A stretch of 64,000 nt of DNA from an uncultured Phycisphaerales bacterium. GTDB lineage: Bacteria; Planctomycetota; Phycisphaerae; Tepidisphaerales; Tepidisphaeraceae. The notes below the pieces were generated by a model, which had not been told where the DNA came from, did not search any database, and saw only the letters and a list, made by a program, of their open reading frames with translations. This document shows positions 42,720 through 54,307 of this stretch, one piece after another. The stretch lies in NCBI GenBank assembly GCA_963844715.1, contig CAWJPJ010000008.1, positions 768,001 through 832,000 on the forward strand. The letters are read 5' to 3'. Both the position numbers and the translations under genes were made by a program. Positions within the stretch are counted from its first letter, which is position 1. Each line of letters starts with the position of its first letter.

Positions 42720-43193
42720 GTGCGATCAGAGCATCATTTAACACGATTTATTGCCGAGCGCGTCGCCGGATCAAGGGCCGACTGCCTTTGTTTCGGCGAT
42801 GCGGTTCGTCGGCGGATCGGTCGTAATGGCCGCATCAGTCATTACTTTCAGCCCGGTCAATTGTTTTCTGTGGTCTGGCGGCGGCAATACTCGCCCGACC
42901 GCGAACATCGCACCTTCGCAGTGGTTGAATCGCTACCGGCTCGCAAGATCGGTCAGATTCTTCCAGGCATTCATCCCGGAGTTGCGATTCACGCGCTTGT
43001 TCGCCAGCATGGACCGGCGGGACAGGACGAGGCCGTAGATCGCCTGCTCGATCTGATTGAGGAGTTGAAATACCAAGGACGCAATCCCGCAGAAATGTCC
43101 GCTGCCTTCTGGACGGAAGCAGCGCAAAGACTACTTCTCTGCGATGAGCCGTTGGAATCATTTGGGATTGAGAGCTTGGCATGTCTCATGTGA
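42720..43193 (+). CDS. DUF2840-like protein
   Basis: FQPGQLFSVVW and VDRLLDLIEELKYQGRNPAEMSAAFW..AQRL resemble DUF2840; adjacent to traF as in Tn4371-like elements. Confidence 0.65.
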   Translation: MRSEHHLTRFIAERVAGSRADCLCFGDAVRRRIGRNGRISHYFQPGQLFSVVWRRQYSPDREHRTFAVVESLPARKIGQILPGIHPGVAIHALVRQHGPAGQDEAVDRLLDLIEELKYQGRNPAEMSAAFWTEAAQRLLLCDEPLESFGIESLACLM

Positions 43194-43734
43194 CGTTCTT
43201 CGGCTGGCGTCGTTCGACGCACGGTAATCGCGCTCGTCGCGTTCTGTTACGCCTTGCGCGAAATCCTTGTGGCACTCGCGATTCTGCCGGAACTGGGCAC
43301 GCGCCGAGTTCTCGTCATCAACACATCGCCGAGCGTGGCGCCCGGCCTGTACTTACGTTCTTCGGACGAACCTGCCGTCGGGAAACTGGTGGATTTCTGC
43401 ATTCCTCCCGCCGCTCGTGATTATGTGCGCGGACGCACCGGGAACAGCGGCGAAAATTGGTACATTCTCAAACCGATTACGGCCGGTCCGGGCGACCTCG
43501 TTGACACGACCGGTGCGTGGCTGGCGATCAATGGGCATTCCGTTGCACCCATGCCACCGGCGGTAGATACGCGCCGGGCGTTCGCTGCCTCTCTGGCGCG
43601 ATCGCCGCGTGCTCAATGCTGATGAATTCTTTGTGTTCTCCGGGCGGATTCCCAACAGCTTCGACAGCCGTTGCTACGGTCCAATCAAGAGAAGCCAAAT
43701 CGATTCCGTCCGCGAGGCATTGCTGACCTGGTAA
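43181..43734 (+). CDS. traF: Conjugative S26 signal peptidase TraF (frameshifted)
   Basis: INTSPSVAPGLY, ILKPITAGPGDLV and NSFDSRCYGPI. Confidence 0.8.
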
Positions 43735-43858
43735 ATGCTGCAAAAAACGCAGACGAAAGTCATCGACAACCTTCGCAGATTGCGGAAGCGCGTGCGATCC
43801 TTGATCGGTGCGGGCGCAATTCCTTTGTTCATTCCGTGCGTTTATGATCCCCGGCAGG

Positions 43859-46800
43859 ATGTCCAACCCCTTTTTTGAAAAACCGATCCTCAGCTCTCCC
43901 TACTCGTGCCCAACACGGCATTGGGAGCTAGACATCCACGGTCAGCCAACCCAAAAGATTCTCGAAAAGCGGCGGCGGGCGGAGTTCATCACGCCCATTC
44001 CTAAGCCGCGAAAACGCAAGGATTCAGCCAACCAGCAACAGATTATTTTCGACGAGGGAAAAGGGCTTTCGACAAAAGAACAGCAATACGATCCCACGTC
44101 AATCATCAATCAGCTTCGTCAGCAAGTTGACCAATGGCGGACTTTAACTAACCCCAATGATTGGCAAGTCACGCCCGAGACTGCGCGTTTGATCCAGCAC
44201 TGGCGGCATCATAAATTCAACGGTATCCGGCCTTTCTTCTGCCAAGTGGAGGCCGTTGAGACGGCCATTTGGATTACCGAAGTAGCGCCTCACGCGGGGA
44301 AGTCGGGCAAGGCAATAGTTGAGCACTTGGCAAACGCCAACAACGACGCCAATCCAGGACTCATGCGCCTCGCCTTAAAGCTGGCGACTGGTGCCGGCAA
44401 GACCACTGTAATGGCGATGCTCATAGCGTGGCAAACGATCAATGCAGTGCGCCGACCGGCAGGCAAACACTTCACGCGCGGTTTTCTGGTCTGCGCACCC
44501 GGCTTGACGATCAAAGACCGCTTGCGTGTTCTCCAGCCCAACGACCCCGACAGCTACTACGCCAGCCGTGAACTCGTTCCTGGCGACATGCTCGACGACG
44601 TAAACCGGGCCAAGATCGTTATCACCAACTACCACGCATTCAGGCTGCGCGAGCGTATCGAACTTTCCGCCGGCGGCCGCGCATTGCTTCAAGGCCGCGG
44701 CGGCGATGAACTCAACACGCAGGAGACTGAAGGCCAGATGCTCCAGCGCGTGATGCCCGACCTGATGGGAATGAAAAACATTCTGGTCATCAACGATGAA
44801 GCGCACCATTGCTACCGGGAAAAACCAAAAGCCACCGACGAAGAGGATTTGAAAGGCGACGAACGGAAGGAGGCCGAGAAGAACAACGAGGCCGCCCGCC
44901 TTTGGATTTCCGGTCTGGAAGCCGTGAACCGCAAGCTCGGTCTCAGCCGCGTTATTGATTTGTCCGCGACACCATTCTTCCTCCGCGGCTCCGGCTACGC
45001 CGAAGGCACTTTGTTCCCTTGGACGATGAGCGACTTTTCCCTTATGGATGCCATCGAATGCGGCATCGTCAAACTGCCGCGCGTCCCCGTCGCTGAAAAC
45101 ATCCCTGGCGACGAGATGCCGATGTTCCGCGACCTTTGGGAAAACATCCGCAAAGACATGCCCAAGAAGGGGCGCGGCCAAGGCGAGGAGCTCGACCCAC
45201 TGAAACTTCCCACGCGCTTGCAGACGGCGCTGCAAGCACTTTATGGCCATTACGAGAAGACATTTAAGCTTTGGCAGGATACGGGCATCGCGGTTCCGCC
45301 GTGCTTTATCATCGTTTGCCAGAACACCGCAATCTCGAAACTCGTTTATGACTTCATCTCCGGCTTTCATCGCAAGAACGATGACGGCACCACTACCCTT
45401 GAAAACGGACGCCTCGCGCTATTCCGCAATTTCGATGAAACCACCGGCAACCCGTTCCCGCGCCCGAATACGCTCCTAATCGACAGCGAGCAACTAGAAG
45501 CTGGCGATGCGCTCGATGACAACTTCCGCGGTATGGCAGCCGACGAAATTGAACGCTTTCGACGCGAGATCGTGGAGCGCACCGGCGACGCCCGCGCCGG
45601 CGACAACATCACCGACCAGGAATTGCTCCGCGAAGTCATGAATACCGTCGGCAAGCCCGGACAGCTTGGCGGTGCGATCCGCTGCGTCGTGTCTGTGTCG
45701 ATGCTGACCGAAGGATGGGATGCCAATACTGTCACGCACGTACTCGGCATTCGCGCGTTCGGCACTCAACTCCTGTGCGAGCAGGTAATTGGTCGCGCTT
45801 GCGTCGCCAATCTTATGAGTTGAATGAAGAAGGGCTGTTCAATGTGGAATACGCCGATGTCTTCGGGATTCCGTTCGACTTTACCGCCAAACCTGTCATC
45901 GCGCCGCCGCAGCCACCGCGCGAAACAGTTCAGGTGAAGGCCGTGCGCCCTGATCGCGATGCACTGGAAATCCGATTCCCGCGTGTCGAGGGCTATCGCG
46001 TGGAACTTCCCGAGGAACGCCTAACGGCCGATTTCAACGGCGACTCCATCTTGGAATTGAGCCCGGACCTCGTTGGTCCATCCATCACGCGCAACTCCGG
46101 GATCATCGGCGAAGGCGTTGATCTTGGCCTCAAACATTTGGGAGACATCCGGCCATCAACGCTGGTTTTCAACCTCACTCAACGGTTGCTCTACACAAAA
46201 TGGCGCGACCCCGGTGAAGAGCCGAAGCTCCATCTTTTCGGCCAGCTTAAGCGCATCACCAAGCAATGGCTCGACACCTGCCTCGTGTGCAAAGGCGACA
46301 CCTACCCGGCGCTGCTCATGTACCAGGAGTTAGCAGACACGGCATGTAACCGCATCACAGCAGCCATCACTCGTCAATTTCAGGGCACACGCCCGATTAA
46401 GGCGCTGCTCGATCCATACAATCCCGCCGGCTCGACGAGCCACGTTCGGTTCAATACGTCAAGGCCCGACCGTTGGGAAACGAGTTCAAAATCCTGCCAT
46501 ATCAATTGGGTTGTTTTGGATAGCGATTGGGAGGGGGAGTTTTGCCGCGTGGCGGAATCTCATCCGAAAGTCCGGGCCTATGTGAAGAACCACAATCTCG
46601 GGCTGGAAGTGCCGTATCGCTACGGTTCGGAAACACGGAAGTATTTGCCTGACTTTATTGTGCTGGTTGATGATGGTCACGCGGCGCGGTCCGACGGAAA
46701 ACCCGACTTGCTCCACCTTGTCGTGGAGATCAAGGGCTACCGACGCGAAGACGCGAAAGAAAAGAAGTCCACGGTGGAAACCTATTGGGTGCCTGGCGTG

Positions 46801-46947
46801 AACCACCTGGGCGCATATGGCCGGTGGGCCTTCGCCGAGTTCACAGACGTTTACCAGATCCACGCCGACTTTGCTGCCAAGATCGCGAGCGAGTTCGATA
46901 AAATGATTAAAGCGGCTACCGAAACACCCACGACCGAGAGCAAATAA
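43859..46947 (+). CDS. res: Type III-like restriction endonuclease/helicase Res subunit (frameshift near 45800)
   Basis: ATGAGKT, DEAHH, LSATP, MLTEGWD and EQVIGR; C-terminal YLPDF..VEIKG nuclease. Confidence 0.9.
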
Positions 46948-46948
46948 C

Positions 46949-49762
46949 ATGGCGAAGAAATCGGCAGCCTCCAAAACCGTAGAATCTCTCAAGCACGGCG
47001 CCGATAAGCGGAAGAATATTCCAACCGCGGAGTTTCAATCCGTTTTGAGGCAAGAGGCACAGCACCCCATCCGTCTCGCCTATGAGCGCCGCAATCGCGA
47101 CCTCGATCCGCAACTCGTATGGCGCGGAAAGGACGAGCAGGATTGGAGCAATCTGATTGTTCACGCTCCGCCACTTTACATCCAAGAGAAGGTCCACCCT
47201 AAAGTCCTCATCGAAGACTTGCTGCGTCAAACCAGAGATATCCGAGCGCAGGAGCCTGGCCATCAGATCGACCTCTTCGCCGATTTCAACGGCATCGCAA
47301 ACGACGCCGACAAGACCGAGTTCTATCAGCACGACCAGAATTGGAGCAACCGCATGATCCTGGGCGACTCGCTCCAGGCGATGGCAAGTCTCGCCGAGCG
47401 CGAAGGCCTGCGCGGTCAGGTGCAATGTATCTATCTCGACCCACCTTACGGCATCAAGTTCAACAGCAACTTCCAATGGTCCACCACGAGCCGTGACGTC
47501 AAGGATGGCAATGCGGGCCACATCACCCGCGAACCGGAGCAGGTGAAAGCGTTCCGCGACACTTGGCGGGACGGCATCCACAGTTATCTCACCTATCTGC
47601 GCGACCGCCTCACGGTCGCTCGCGATCTTCTCACCGATTCCGGATCGATCTTCGTTCAAATTGGACAGGATAATTGTCACCTCATCCGTTCTTTATTGGA
47701 TGAAGTTTTTGGTGCCGAGAATTTTATTTCGCAGATCGTGTTCTCGAAGACCGCGAGCGCGACATCGGAATATCTCGCTGGCACATACGATGTCCTCGTT
47801 TTATACGCAAAATCGCACGAGAAATTGAAATATCATCAACCCCTGACGCTGAAGCAACTTGGGGGGTTGGGTGGCAGTGCATATAAAAGAGTCCGGCTTC
47901 CAAATCTCTCGGAACGAGCGCTCACCCCCGAGGAGCTTGCCGGCCAGCAGGAGCTTCCTGCGGATTCGCGTGTGTTTCGTATCGACAACCTCACGAGTCA
48001 AAGCGTTGGGCGCGACAAGGGTGAAGGAGCAGCTTCGTGGTTCCCCGTGGAGTTCGAGGGGCAAACGCTTCGCCCCTCTGACAAGGTGCGATGGAAAACC
48101 AACGAACAAGGAATGAGTCGTTTGAAAATGGCGTCTCGCCTTAGTTCGACGGGCAAGGGCTTATATTATGTGCGCTACTTTCAAGATTTCGCCGCATTTC
48201 ACGAGGACAATGTCTGGGCCGATACCGGGATAGCGGGCTTCGCCTCTGAGAAGCGATATGTTGTCGAAACCTCTGAGAAAGTCGTTCAGCGCTGCCTCCT
48301 CATGACGACAGACCCCGGCGATCTCGTTCTCGATCCAACTTGCGGCTCCGGCACGACCGCCGCCGTCGCCGAACAATGGGGCCGCCGTTGGATTACCATC
48401 GACACTTCCGCGTCGCATTGGCACTTGCTCGCGCCCGCATAATGGGTGCGCGATATCCATTTTACTTTTTGGCCGATTCTCGCGAAGGACAGCTTAAGGA
48501 AGCCGAAGTCGCGCGGCACGTCGCCAAGTTCGCAACCAACACGCGGGAATATCCGTCATGGCTTTGTCTACGAACGTGTGCCGCACATCATGCTAAGTTC
48601 TATTTCCAGCAATGCGGAAATTGATGTTATATGGAGCAAATGGCAGGCCATCTTAGACCCGTTGCGCAAGAAACTGAGCGCCGCGCTCAGGACACAATTG
48701 CATGATTGGGAGATTCCGCATGAAGCGGACGCGAAGTGGCCGGAATCAGTGAGGGCACTGCATGGCAACTGGTGGCAGGCGCGCATTGCACAGCAGACGG
48801 AAATCGACAAGTCGATCGCTGCCAAGGCGACGTTTGATTACCTCTACGACAAGCCGTACGCCGACAAGAAAACGGTAAGGGTATCTGGCCCCTTCACCGT
48901 CGAAAGTCTGAGTCCCCACCGAGTGTTGGGCGTGGATGAAAACGATGACTTGATTGATCCTCTAAAGACGCACAATCCCGACTTCGGCGCAAAGCAATCC
49001 TTTGCTCAGATGATCATCGAGAATCTCAAGACGGCTGGTGTCCAACAGGCTCACAAGGAGGATAAAATCACCTTCATCGCCCTCGCTCCTTGGCCGGGCG
49101 AACTGGTCTGCGCCGAAGGGCGCTATATGGAACGCGAGACCGAGAAGCGTGCCGCCATTTTCATCGGCCCGGAATTCGGCACTGTTCAACGTGCCGATCT
49201 AGTCGCCGCGGCCCGCGAGGCCGGCGATGCCGATTTCGATGTGCTGATTGCCTGCGCCTTCAACTACGAGGCCCACACTACGGAGTTCAATAAGCTAGGC
49301 CGTATCCCCGTGCTCAAGGCCCGTATGAATGCGGACCTCCACATGTCGGACGACCTCAAAAACACCGGCCAAGGCAACCTCTTTGTCATTTTCGGCGAGC
49401 CGGACATAACTCTTCTCAACGAGAAGGATGGCAAACTTCGTGTGAAGGTAAATGGCGTGGACGTATTCAAACCTCAAACGGGCGAAGTTATTAGCGACAA
49501 TTCCGATGGCATCGCCTGCTGGTTCATCGACACCGACTATAACGAAGAGAGTTTTTTCGTCCGCCACGCGTACTTCCTTGGGGCCAACGATCCTTACAAC
49601 AATCTAAAGACGACTCTCAAAGCCGAAATCAACGCTGACGCTTGGGCTACGCTGAACAGTGACACTTCACGACCTTTTGAAAGACCCAAGAGCGGCCGCG
49701 TAGCCGTGAAGGTAATCAATCACCTTGGCGATGAAGTCATGAAGGTATTCAAGGTAACGTGA
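46949..49762 (+). CDS. mod: Site-specific DNA amino-methyltransferase (Mod-like, beta class; frameshifts near 48410-48515)
   Basis: DPPY precedes VLDPTCGSGTT, with a variable central region and a long C-terminal extension. Confidence 0.9.
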
Positions 49763-51832
49763 TGGAATTCCGCATTGCCGACACTTTCACGGACAGCCTT
49801 GCTCGGCTAACCGGCGACGAACAGAAAGCCGTCAAGATGACGGCTTTCGATTTGCAGATTGATTCGTCCGGCGCAGGAATGAGCTTCCACAAGCTCGACA
49901 AAGCAAAAGACAAGAAATTCTGGTCGGTGCGCGTCAGCAGCGACATTCGGCTGATCGTCCATAAAAGTGAATCCAGTCTCTTGCTTTGTTACGTGGACCA
50001 TCACGACAAGGCATATCAATGGGCGGAACGGCGCAAGTTGGAGACGCATCCAAAGACCGGTGCCGCGCAATTGGTGGAGATTCGCGAGACCGTCAAGGAA
50101 ATCGTGGTTCCTACATACGTGCAGGCGGAACTCCCTGTGGCGGCCAAGCCCCTGCTGTTTGCGACGCTCGGTGACAATCAGTTGCTTGGTTATGGAGTGC
50201 CGCCGGAATGGCTGGCGGATGTACGAAAAGCCGATGAAGACACGTTATTCGCGCTGGCCGACCATTTACCAACGGAGGCCGCCGAAGCATTGTTGGAGTT
50301 TGCGACCGGTGGTAAACCGCAGGCGGTCGCACCGGCCGTCAGTGGAACCGATCCCTTCGCTCATCCCGATGCTCAACGCCGATTCCGCACGATGAAGGGC
50401 GTTGAGGAGTTGCAGCGCGCGCTAGAATATCCCTGGGATAAATGGACGGTCTTCCTGCACCCCGAACAGCGGCAGTGGATCGAACGGGACTACAGCGGCC
50501 CCGCGAGAGTTTCCGGGTCTGCGGGCACTGGAAAAACCATCGTGGCCCTTCACCGCGCTGTCCATTCGCGCGCACAATCCAGATGCGCGAGTTGTGCTAA
50601 CCACTTTTTCGGGCATTCTGGCCAATGCGTTACGAACCAAACTTAAGCGACTCATCAGCAATGAGCCGCGATTGGCCGAACGACTGGAAGTGTATTCCAT
50701 CGACGCCATCGGCCTTCGGCTTTTCAAATCCCACATCGGCCAGCCGCAGATCGTATCGCAGGACAAGATGCGCGAGATCGTGGAGAAGTCGGCCGCGGAG
50801 GTGGGAGGCCACAAGTTCGGCCTTCCATTTTTGCTTTCCGAATGGGAACACGTCGTCGATGCGTGGCAATTGCACAGTTGGGAGGCGTATCGCGACGTGA
50901 GGCGGCTGGGCAGGAAAACCCGTCTTGCCGAGCCGCAACGCGCCGTGCTTTGGTCGATCTTTGAGCGTGTCGGCGCTCGGTTGGCGGCTGACAATTTAAT
51001 TACCTATTCCGGCTTATTCAGCAAACTTGCAACCATCATCGCCGCGAGTAAGCATCCGCCGTTCGACTTTGCCGTGGTGGATGAGGCACAGGATATCAGC
51101 ATCGCTCATCTGCGTTTCTTCGCGGCGGTTGGTGGTAATCGCCCAAACGGCCTTTTCTTTGCGGGCGACCTTGGGCAACGTATCTTCCAGCAGCCGTTTT
51201 CATGGAAGGCGTTGGGGATCGATATCCGTGGTCGCGCGCGTACCCTTCATGTGAACTACCGGACCTCACACCAAATCCGAATGCAAACCGACCGCCTATT
51301 GGGCCCGGAAGTGTCCGATGCCGATGGCAACACGGAGGAACGAGACAGCACCGTTTCGGTATTCAATGGACCGCCGCCCACTATTCAGGTCGTCAAAAGC
51401 CAACAGGAGGAAATCAAGGCGGTCAGTCAATGGATCTCAGCTCGCCATAAAGAGGGCGTGTTGCCTCACGAGCTGGGAGTATTTGTGCGATCTGTGGCGG
51501 AGTTGGATCGGGCGCGAGCAGCGGTCAAAGATGCTGGGCTGTCGTTCAAAATACTTGACGACCAGGTTGAAACGGTGAGCGGCCAAGTGGCAATCAGTAC
51601 GATGCATCTTGCCAAGGGTTTAGAATTTCGCGCCGTCGTGGTGATGGCCTGTGATGACGAGATTATTCCGTTGCAGGAACGAATCGAGACGGTGGCCGAA
51701 GACGCAGATTTGGAAGAAATCTATAATACGGAACGCCATTTACTTTACGTCGCGTGTACTCGCGCACGGGATCATCTTCTCGTTACGAGCGTCGATCCGG
51801 CATCAGAATTTCTCGACGACATGGGGACGTGA
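49762..51832 (+). CDS. UvrD-like SF1 helicase with N-terminal RelE/ParE-like domain (frameshift near 50570)
   Basis: N-terminus F..SLARL..FHKL..FWSVRVSSDIRLIVH; GSAGTGKT, VDEAQD, GDLGQRI, NYRT, TMHLAKGLEF and LYVACTRA. Confidence 0.85.
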
Positions 51833-51987
51833 CGCAAGACATCGGATTCTCGACAGTGGGTAGATCGTGTGTGCGGCACTCGCACCGCGCAGATACCCAT
51901 TGCCATACGATCACGATGTTTCCTTATTGCTGGCGTGACGGCAGGATTAATTTGCATCCCACCGGAACCAAAGCATAATCAACTACG

Positions 51988-52047
51988 GATCGGCGGTATT
52001 CCCCGAAGAAGGTTCCCCCCTCCTTCTTCAACCGCCGATCTTTTTTT
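51988..52047 (+). terminator. Intrinsic terminator
   Basis: gatcggcggt...accgccgatc stem followed by T7. Confidence 0.7.
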
Positions 52048-52102
52048 GCGCCATACTTTCCATCGCGAAATCCGTCATTGAACAAACCTAAATGGCGCGG
52101 GA

Positions 52103-52146
52103 TTGACGAAACCCGGCTTAGATCGTTACCCTAACATATAGCGAAC
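52103..52146 (+). promoter_or_regulatory. imuA promoter with TAAC-N7-GAAC box
   Basis: TTGACG -35; taac-atatagc-gaac at 52132-52146. Confidence 0.55.
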
Positions 52147-52164
52147 AATGGGAAGAGGTTTGTC

Positions 52165-52874
52165 GTGCAGATAACGACTGATAAGGATGAGCTGCGCCGC
52201 GCCCTTGCTGAAAAGCAAGTCTCGCACGTTCGTTGCCGCAGCTTTCGCACGGGCTTGGAGGCATTCGATGAAATTGCACCGAACGGCGCGTTTCAGGGTG
52301 GCGCAGTGCATGAATTGCTCTGGGCACGGCAATCGACCCATCCCAAATCGCTCGCATTACTGCTGGCAAAGGCGGCGCAGAAAAACGGTGGCGCGATTGC
52401 TTGGAGTGATCCAGAGCGCGAGCTTCACCTGCCCGCCTTGTCGGCGGCAGGAATCAACCTTCGGAATCTGGTTCTGCTGCGCTGCGCGAATCGCGCGGAC
52501 CAGCTTTGGGCGCTGGCCGAATGCTTGCGCTGTCGTGGGGTCGGCGCGACCGTCGCGTTCATTCAACGTCTAAGCCAGATCGAGGCGCGGCGGTTGCAAC
52601 TTGCCGCCGAGCGTGGGGGCGGCGTGGGCCTTTTCATGCGCCCTTATGCGCCGGGGATAAGCAACTCTTACGCAGCCGCCACGCGCTGGCTTATCCAGCC
52701 CGCGCCCGGCAGCGACCAAGTGCAACGATGGAGCGTGGAACTTCTTCACGGCCACGGAGGACAGGTCGGAAAAGTCCTTCTACTGGAGGTGGACCGTGAG
52801 ACACGTGCTTTGCGCATATCTGCGCCACTGGCCGATCGACCGGCTGCGCCGGCACGGCCCGAGCTACGGCGTAA
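52165..52874 (+). CDS. imuA: ImuA (RecA/SulA-like)
   Basis: GAVHEL, LWALAECLRC, ARRLQLAAERGG and AAATRW; the apparent fusion to imuB results from an indel near 52850. Confidence 0.85.
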
Positions 52875-54291
52875 ACCGCTGGTCCTGATCGAAACCAGCG
52901 GCAACCGGCAGACCATCGTTCACGTCAGCCCGGAAACGCCGGCCGATATTTATCCGGCAATGCCGCTGGCAGCGGCAAGAGCACGTCATGCAGCGATGTT
53001 GGATTTTCCGGCGACGCCGGCCGCGGACCTGCGCTCCCTCGAAGCGATGGGACACTGGCTGTTGCGATTCAGCCCAGGCGTGTGCGTTTATCCCCCGTCA
53101 TCCCTTTTTCTCGATGCTACAGGTCTCGAGCGCCTGTACGGTGGCCTTGAGAACTTTCGCCGTCGAGTTGCCCAAGCATCGCTTCGCTGCGCATGACCGC
53201 TGCCGTGACGATTGCGCCAACGCCGGGTACGGCGTGGGCGCTGGCCGCGTTTGGAAGGAACGGATCGCACATCGTCACAAATGAACACGTACTTCCCGCG
53301 CTCTCGCCACTTCCGCCAGAGGCGTTGCGGCTGGACAGCAAGACGGTTGGCGTCTTATCAGCTTTGGGCGTGCGGACGATTGACTCGCTGCTTCAACTTT
53401 CTCGCAACGATCTCGCTGTTCGCTTCGGACCGGCGATCCTGATGCGGATCGACCAGGCGACCGGCACTGCGCCCGAACCTCTGACATACTTGGTTCATCG
53501 CTCGCCCATTCGGGCGACCCTCGAATTTGAAGGCGCTATTGAATCGCTCGACGCGATTCATTTCGCGGTGCAGGAGCTTACAAGGCAAATTGCCGCGCAG
53601 CTTGCCGCGCGTGGTCAGGGAGGCGCGGGAGCTACGCCTGACGTTCCGCCAGCCGTATGCATCGCCTGTCGAAAAAGTTATCCGGTTGGTGCGCCCGTGT
53701 CGCAACGAATCGGCACTGTTAAAGCTGATTTGTTGCGCGATTGAAAATCTGGAAGCCAGCGAGGGTTTTGTGGCCGCGACGTTGGCCGTCACTGTCGCTG
53801 AACGGTTGGGCGACGAGCAGGCCGCATTGATCGGAGGCGAGGAAGAACGCGATGCCGCCGAATTGGATCATTTGGTCGAGCGGCTGCGCGCACGGCTGGA
53901 TCGCGGCGTGGATTGGGGAGAATTGCTCGAATCCAATCTCCCTGAAAACGCCAGTCGATGCCGAGACACTGCCGGTAAGGCGGATGCGCCCGGCGCGCAC
54001 GGCGCGGTTGATCTTCTTCGCCCGCTCCGGCTGCTGCGTCAGCCGCGTTCGATCAAGACAATCGTTCGACCCTCGGAGAGCCGCGATGGCGAGCCCGTAT
54101 CTTTCACTGACTACGGCGAAGTTCATAGGCTCGACCACATCCGGGGACCGGAGCGAATCACCGGCCAATGGTGGAACGGGCGGTGGAAGACCCGTGACTA
54201 CTTCGATGTTCTGGATACCGCCGGCGATCGGTATTGGATCTTCCGCGTCCCGCAATCGGGACGATGGTTTTTGCACGGGATATTCGAGTGA
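52796..54291 (+). CDS. imuB: ImuB, inactive Y-family polymerase (several frameshifts)
   Basis: HWPIDRLRR, RFSP, LFLDATG..LYGG, IAPT..AWALA, GPERI..WW, RDYF and WFLHG. Confidence 0.88.
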
Positions 54292-54307
54292 TGGCGGAAA
54301 CTCATCT

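Noticed and set aside
36646..43734. Prophage
   Set aside because: Integrase, xis and repressors are present, but there are no terminase, capsid or tail genes; DUF2840-traF points to an ICE-like origin.
52165..53196. Apparent ImuA-ImuB fusion ORF
   Set aside because: imuB has its own RBS and GTG at 52796; one indel near 52850 explains the fusion.
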